Shown: positions 7,581 through 12,135 of the stretch, in pieces
How positions within the stretch are numbered: the first letter of the stretch is position 1
How the letters are laid out: each line of letters begins with the position of its first letter
Assembly: GCA_040905465.1 (NCBI GenBank)
Contig: JBBDRK010000032.1
Location: 1 to 12,135, forward strand
Direction of reading: 5' to 3'
DNA length: 12,135 nt
Origin: Trueperaceae bacterium
Lineage (GTDB): Bacteria; Deinococcota; Deinococci; Deinococcales; Trueperaceae
Made by a program: the position numbers and the translations under genes
The notes under the pieces: generated by a model
Seen by the model: the letters and a program-made list of their open reading frames with translations, nothing else
Told to the model about the DNA's origin: nothing
Databases searched by the model: none

Positions 7581-7615
7581 CGGCGACTCCCAGCGTACCT
7601 GACGACAGCCAGCGC

Positions 7616-8665
7616 TCAGCGAGCCTGTTCCGGATCGCGACCCTGCGACACTACCTGAGTCCAAAGGTCCAGCCAGCGCTCGAGACCTTCGGCGATCAGA
7701 CCGGGTGCCAGTTCGGCGGTCTGCTCCTCGTCGGGAACGTCGGCGTGGAGCTCGAACTCCCGCGGTAGCGGCACATCCTGCCGCACCGGGTACACGAACA
7801 TCACGCCTGGGATATCGGCCTGCACCTCTTCACTCAGAAGGAAATCGATGAACAGCCGGGCCGCGTCCAGATTCTGGGTGCCGCGGAGGATACCGGCCGC
7901 CTCCACCTGCCGGTAGGCGCAGCTTCGGCAAAGCAGGTTGGCCGTCGGCGAGCTGTCGAGCGGCTCTTCGGCAAACATGACCTCGGCCGCCGGACTGGTG
8001 GCGTACGAGAGAACGATCGGCCGGTCGCCGCCGTAGCGGGTGAAGGCGGTGTAGTAGGCGTCGGACCAGCCGCTGGCGACCTGCAGGTCGTTGTCGCGAA
8101 GGTCGGCCCAGTAGCTCAGCCAGCCGTCGTCTCCGAAGCGCTCGACGGTAGTGAGCAGGAATGCCAGGCCGGGCGAAGAGGTAGCCGGGTCGGCCACCAC
8201 AGTCAGGCCGCGGTAGCGGGGCGCGGTGAGTTCGGAGATGTCCTGGGGAGGAGCCAGGCCTTCGCGCTCGAACCAGCCAACGTCGATGTTGAACAGCACG
8301 TATCCGACGTCGATCGGTGTTACCCGGTGTTCCGGGTCGAACACGAAGCGCTCCGGCACCTTGTCGAGCAGGGGGCTGCGGTACGGCTCGAAGATGTTCG
8401 CCTCGAGTGCCCGCGTGAGCAGGCTGTTGTCGACGCCGAACAATACATCGGCGATCGGGCGGGCGCGCGTGAGGATGGCGCGGCTCACCACCTCGCCGGC
8501 ATCGCCCGCCGGCAGTATCTGTACGTCCACTCCCGTGTCCTGGCTGAACCGGTCCAGCACGTCGCTGGAAAGGTCGAAGGAATCGTGGGTGAGCACTCTG
8601 AGCGGCTGGGCGTGGCCCACGGCGAGCAACAGCAGGCTTAGCGTCAGGACGATGCTTCTGAACAT
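7616..8665 (-). CDS. thiB: Thiamine ABC transporter substrate-binding protein
   Basis: Motifs THDSF, GDAG, ADVLFGVDN, DPATSSPGLAFL, GWSDAYY, SYATSPAAE, RQVEAAG. Signal peptide ends GHA. Start placed at ATG 8665 (349 aa) after GGAAAGGG, because the longer ORF start lies inside the riboswitch. Confidence 0.93.
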   Translation of the reverse strand: MFRSIVLTLSLLLLAVGHAQPLRVLTHDSFDLSSDVLDRFSQDTGVDVQILPAGDAGEVVSRAILTRARPIADVLFGVDNSLLTRALEANIFEPYRSPLLDKVPERFVFDPEHRVTPIDVGYVLFNIDVGWFEREGLAPPQDISELTAPRYRGLTVVADPATSSPGLAFLLTTVERFGDDGWLSYWADLRDNDLQVASGWSDAYYTAFTRYGGDRPIVLSYATSPAAEVMFAEEPLDSSPTANLLCRSCAYRQVEAAGILRGTQNLDAARLFIDFLLSEEVQADIPGVMFVYPVRQDVPLPREFELHADVPDEEQTAELAPGLIAEGLERWLDLWTQVVSQGRDPEQAR

Positions 8666-8722
8666 TTTGTGGCCCTTTCCGTCACCGGAGAGGAGCGCGA
8701 ACATAGGCGGGAGTCTTGGGAA

Positions 8723-8817
8723 CATCACGCTTCCTACGCCCGTACGAACGGGATCAGGTACTAGGGTCTGCTCTCAGCCAAGTGACGCGTGTCGCGCCCG
8801 AGGCACCCCTGGTGACG
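8723..8817 (-). ncRNA. TPP riboswitch (thi-box)
   Basis: Minus strand reads CGTCACCAGGGGTGC...GCTGAGA...GACCC...TACCTGATCCCGTTCGTACGGGCGTAGGAAGCGTGATG, with P1 = CGTCAC/GTGATG. Downstream, GCTCCTCTCC can pair imperfectly with the thiB RBS (GGAAAGGGC), which suggests translational control. Confidence 0.95.
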
Positions 8818-8822
8818 AATCA

Positions 8823-8851
8823 AAGCTACCCCTTGCGGCGGGGCCTGTCAA
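8823..8851 (-). promoter_or_regulatory. Sigma70 promoter of the TPP riboswitch and thiB
   Basis: TTGACA (8851-8846), 17-bp spacer, TAGCTT (8828-8823). Predicted TSS coincides with the riboswitch 5' end. Confidence 0.85.
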
Positions 8852-8905
8852 TCACCGGTCGGGGACCGTCGTGCCTGCGCCGGCTCGACTTCGCTTGCCA
8901 CATGC

Positions 8906-10231
8906 TCATCGTCCCGTCCGGTCACTGACGTCAGCCGGCGGCCGGTACCGATTCGGGCCCGGCGCGGCCCTTCCGGCGCCGTCCCGACCGACCGGTCCTC
9001 CGATGCTCGTGCGAGCCCCGCTGCGCGGATCGGGTAGTTTCAACGCCGCAACCGCCAGGGTGACCAGGAAGATCGCGCTGCCGGCCAGGAAAGCGGCGCG
9101 GTAGCCGAACAGGCTCGCCACTCCGACGCCGACCAGCGGTGCCACCGCACGCGAGCCGGACATCACAGAGTTGTCCAGGCCGAATGCGCTGCCGATCCGT
9201 CCTCCGCTGCTGTAGCCGGTCAGCAAGGCAGACAGGGACGGCATCACACCCCCAATTGCCACGCCGCTCAGCGCGTTCAGCAACAGCAGTTGCCAGGGGT
9301 GGGTTACGAAAGCCATCGGAATGTAGGCGAGGGCGGCGGCCAACGCCGACCAAACCAGTATCCGCTTGTGGCCGACGCGGTCGCCGAGGTTGCCCAGGAA
9401 GATGGCGCTCGCCGTTCCGGTGGCCGAGGAGATCCCGATCACCAGTCCTATCATCGTGCCTACCCGCTGGGGATCCACCATTATCAGGGGGATGAACAGC
9501 GGCAGCACCGGCACCAGCAGGCCGCGCCCCAAAGTGGAGGTAAAACGGGCCGTAAAAGCCACCGCCACCCCGCGCGTGCCCAGGATCTGTTGCCAGTCGC
9601 CCAGCACTCCGGCGCCAGCAGCTCGTGACGGCTGGAACTTCTCGCGAACGCCGAACAGCACCAGCACCCCTCCCAACGTCAGCAACGCCGCGGTAACGAC
9701 GAACGCGATGCGAAATCCGTAAAGGTCGGCGAGCACCCCGCCCAGCACCGGCCCCACCGCCACACCGCTCCACAGGGCGGTTTGCAGCACCCCCATCGCA
9801 TAGCCGGAGCGTTCCTTCGGTGTGATCGACGCCACCAGGGCGTTGGCGGCCGACCCGATACCGGTGATGAGGCCCTGAATCGCCCGGAGCAGAGTGAGTT
9901 CCTCCGCGCTGCGGGCGAACGCCATGAGAAGTATTATCACCGCGCCCCCGAACATCGCGCGCGCCACCATCGGCTTGCGGCCAAGGCGGTCGGCGGCGGC
10001 CCCCCACAGCGGCGAGGCGATCATCATGGTGATCGCCTGCGCGCTGAACACCGCGCCCGCCCAGAACACCAGGCTGGTACCGGTGCTCGATCCGAGCGAC
10101 TCGACGTAGTTGGGAAGGAACGGGAAGATCATCGAAAAGCCGATCGCCGACAGCAACTGGGCAACGCTCAGGACTATCAGCGCCCGGCGCCAATCGGTCC
10201 CATCCCGGTTGTCATCTTGCCGACTTTTCAC
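8906..10231 (-). CDS. MFS transporter, DHA1 / MdtG-like efflux
   Basis: WRRAL...GFSMIFPFLPNYV, motif A WGAAADRLGRK, LRAIQGL, antiporter motif GPVLGG and second-half GNLGDRVGHK. Start uncertain: GTG 10231 was chosen because a candidate promoter (CTGTCG-17-TACCAT, -10 at 10283-10278) overlaps the upstream ATGs. Confidence 0.85.
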   Translation of the reverse strand: MKSRQDDNRDGTDWRRALIVLSVAQLLSAIGFSMIFPFLPNYVESLGSSTGTSLVFWAGAVFSAQAITMMIASPLWGAAADRLGRKPMVARAMFGGAVIILLMAFARSAEELTLLRAIQGLITGIGSAANALVASITPKERSGYAMGVLQTALWSGVAVGPVLGGVLADLYGFRIAFVVTAALLTLGGVLVLFGVREKFQPSRAAGAGVLGDWQQILGTRGVAVAFTARFTSTLGRGLLVPVLPLFIPLIMVDPQRVGTMIGLVIGISSATGTASAIFLGNLGDRVGHKRILVWSALAAALAYIPMAFVTHPWQLLLLNALSGVAIGGVMPSLSALLTGYSSGGRIGSAFGLDNSVMSGSRAVAPLVGVGVASLFGYRAAFLAGSAIFLVTLAVAALKLPDPRSGARTSIGGPVGRDGAGRAAPGPNRYRPPADVSDRTGR

Positions 10232-10349
10232 GATGCCGTTCGCATGCCCGTTCCCTCGGCCGACGCATGCAATCGCCATGGTACCGCCGGCCACGAGGAG
10301 CGACAGTTGCATCGGCCGGATGGGTACGAACGGATCGCCACCGGGCGGG

Positions 10350-10387
10350 ACCGGTGTTGACGTCGCATACCACCGGTGCTAACGTCG
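10350..10387. repeat. 16-bp direct repeat with 22-bp period over the promoter (candidate operator)
   Basis: ACCGGTGTTGACGTCG (10350-10365) and ACCGGTGCTAACGTCG (10372-10387), 14/16 identical. Confidence 0.6.
10357..10385 (+). promoter_or_regulatory. Sigma70 promoter with extended -10 for the amino-acid ABC operon
   Basis: TTGACG (10357-10362), 17-bp spacer ending in TGc, TAACGT (10380-10385). Confidence 0.7.
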
Positions 10388-10530
10388 AATCGTTCGGCGT
10401 CAAAGCTCCATGTCTCCTTCGGCATCCTGGTGGCCGGCCCGGCCGGCGCTCCAGCCGTCCCGGGAGACCCCGTCCCGAACGTTTGTCCGCAACGGCCCTC
10501 GGGCCATCGACAGAAGCAAAGGAGACCCTG

Positions 10531-11328
10531 ATGACAAGTGCGCCCATGTTACGTCGCTTCATTTCGCTCGCTTCGGCGGCTCTGCTGGTTCTAGGTGCAG
10601 TGGCACATGCAGAACTCGACGACATCCTGGCGGAGGGGGAGGCGGTCTTCGTGATGTCCGGAGAATATCCGCCCTTTTCCATGCCGGATGAGAATGGCGA
10701 GATGATCGGCTTCGATGCCGACGTGGCCCGTGAGTTGGCCGCCCGGCTGGGCGTCGAACCGAAGCTGCAACAGGCGGAGTTCTCGTCGATCATCGCCGGC
10801 ATTCAGGCAGGCGTTTTCGACGTAACCGTGGCATCGCACGCCCGTACCCCGGAACGGGAGCGAGCTGTTACCTTCCTGGAGACGCCGTACTACTACAGCG
10901 GAGCGCAGCTCTTCGTGCGTGGCGACTCCGAGTACACCAGCCTGGAAGAGCTGGAAGCGGACAACGCAGCCATCGCTGTCGACCTGGGTGGCACCAACCA
11001 GCAGTGGCTCGCCGATCACGGCTACCCCAACATCGCCACCTACTCAGGCATTCAGGATGAGTTGCAGGCGGTGCAGTCCGGTCGGGCCGCGGCCATCTTC
11101 ACATCGCCGATCGTCGGCAACCTGGCGATCAAGGATCAGGGCGTCGATATCAAGCCCATCGACGAGCTCCTTTTCGAAGAGAACGCATGGGTGACCATCG
11201 CCGAGGATCAACCCGAGCTCGAGGCTGCACTAAATGAGGCGCTCAACGAGATGCGCGCCGACGGCACGCTTCGCGAGATAAGCATGAAGTGGATCGGGGC
11301 GGACATCACCACGCCCCCGGGCGAGTAG
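10531..11328 (+). CDS. Polar amino-acid ABC transporter substrate-binding protein (SBP family 3)
   Basis: AAAGGAG RBS, signal peptide ending AHA, motifs YPPFS, GFDADVA, IIAGIQAGVFD, TPERE, PYYYSG and MRADGTLREISMKWIG. 265 aa from ATG 10531. Confidence 0.92.
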   Translation: MTSAPMLRRFISLASAALLVLGAVAHAELDDILAEGEAVFVMSGEYPPFSMPDENGEMIGFDADVARELAARLGVEPKLQQAEFSSIIAGIQAGVFDVTVASHARTPERERAVTFLETPYYYSGAQLFVRGDSEYTSLEELEADNAAIAVDLGGTNQQWLADHGYPNIATYSGIQDELQAVQSGRAAAIFTSPIVGNLAIKDQGVDIKPIDELLFEENAWVTIAEDQPELEAALNEALNEMRADGTLREISMKWIGADITTPPGE

Positions 11329-11371
11329 GAGTGTTCGGGTGTTCCGGCCGACCGGCCGGAACACCCCACTC
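11329..11371 (+). other. Strong intercistronic stem-loop between SBP and permease
   Basis: Perfect 14-bp inverted repeat GGGTGTTCCGGCCG / CGGCCGGAACACCC, extended by GAGTG/CACTC. No U-tract. Confidence 0.75.
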
Positions 11372-11389
11372 GAAACCGGCCCCTGAGCA

Positions 11390-12070
11390 ATGATCGAGTC
11401 CCTCGTCGATATCTTCAACCCGCAACACACGCGGCTGCTGCTGCGTGGGGCGCGCATAACCATCGAGGTCACCCTCCTTTCCGGCCTGTTCGGTCTAGTT
11501 CTGGGAATGATGGCCGCGCTGGGGCGCATGGCGCCCAGCAGGATCAGCAAACTGATCGCCGGCATCTACATCGAGTTCTTTCGCGGCACGCCGCTGCTGG
11601 TACAGCTGTTCATCGTCTATTTCGGGTTGCCTTCGCTCCCCTTCGTAGACCCGATGCCGGCGTATTGGGCGGGCGTGACCGGGCTGAGCCTCTACGCCGG
11701 TGCCTATTTCTCCGAAATAATCCGTGGTGCGTTCGCCGCCGTCCCCTCCGGTCAGGAAGAAGCAGCGCGGGTTCTCGGCTTCGGACCACCCGGCGCCTAC
11801 CGGTTCGTGCTGGTCCCGCAGGCGATTCGCAACGCGGTGCCGGCCCTGGGCAACCAGTTCATCTCGCTGATCAAGGACTCCTCGCTGGTTTCGATCATCA
11901 CCGTCACCGACCTGCTCCAGGCCGGGCGAACGGTTATCAACCGGACCTTCGAGCCTCTGATCGTCTACCTGGCGGTGGCGCTGGTCTACTTGCTGCTCAG
12001 CAATCTGTCGGCGATAGCCGTGGGCGCGATCGAGCGGCATTACAACAAGCCTTACCGGCGCGCCGGCTGA
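11390..12070 (+). CDS. Polar amino-acid ABC transporter permease (HisM/GlnP family)
   Basis: Motifs YIEFFRGTPLLVQL, AYFSEIIRGA, GQEEAARVLG, PQAIRNAVPALGNQFISLIKDSSL. Confidence 0.94.
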   Translation: MIESLVDIFNPQHTRLLLRGARITIEVTLLSGLFGLVLGMMAALGRMAPSRISKLIAGIYIEFFRGTPLLVQLFIVYFGLPSLPFVDPMPAYWAGVTGLSLYAGAYFSEIIRGAFAAVPSGQEEAARVLGFGPPGAYRFVLVPQAIRNAVPALGNQFISLIKDSSLVSIITVTDLLQAGRTVINRTFEPLIVYLAVALVYLLLSNLSAIAVGAIERHYNKPYRRAG

Positions 12071-12081
12071 ACAGGGCGTCT

Positions 12082-12135
12082 CGGCAGCGGGTATCGGTCG
12101 TGCCGCCAGACGGCGCGGCCGACGGCAGCGGGTAT
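12082..12135. repeat. 13-bp direct repeat flanking a hairpin (41-bp period), truncated by the window edge
   Basis: CGGCAGCGGGTAT at 12082-12094 and 12123-12135. TCGGTCGTGCCG (12094-12105) pairs with CGGCGCGGCCGA (12111-12122). Confidence 0.55.

Noticed and set aside
3341-7615. Mobile element call for the inserted block
   Set aside because: No transposase, integrase, terminal inverted repeats or target-site duplication found.
7352-7664. 73-aa and 67-aa minus-strand ORFs between the exporter and thiB
   Set aside because: No convincing RBS and both overlap neighbours. The plus-strand 46-aa ORF has better signals.
8666-8728. 21-aa N-terminal extension of ThiB in the ORF track
   Set aside because: It lies in the TPP riboswitch P1 and expression platform. 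The signal peptide begins at ATG 8665.
10267-10530. 88-aa N-terminal extension of the amino-acid SBP, and the ORF starting at 10410
   Set aside because: The extension begins upstream of the predicted promoter and the 10410 ORF has no SD. A strong RBS and signal peptide support ATG 10531.
12082-12135. CRISPR array interpretation of the edge repeat
   Set aside because: Only 13 bp and two copies, the intervening sequence is itself a hairpin, and no cas genes are present.

Overview
GC-rich bacterial window, probably Deinococcota such as Trueperaceae (an inference from gene style and a leaderless-type promoter). It carries a minus-strand thiamine salvage cluster: TPP riboswitch and thiB, then thiP, thiQ and thiN. 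A 4.3-kb opposite-strand block splits this cluster between thiB and thiP. The block contains a sigma70 promoter, an unannotated 21-aa leader peptide, an intrinsic terminator with an overlapping anti-terminator, a heterodimeric type IV ABC exporter, and an unannotated 46-aa Arg-rich small ORF. The leader looks like a complete ribosome-stalling transcription attenuator and is the strongest candidate for an undescribed system, possibly antibiotic-inducible efflux. To the right are an MdtG-like MFS transporter and a divergent polar amino-acid ABC operon. That operon has a 22-bp-period direct repeat over its promoter and a structured ~140-nt 5' leader that can switch to sequester the RBS. All RNA pairings were worked out by hand, and no folding energies or database searches were run.
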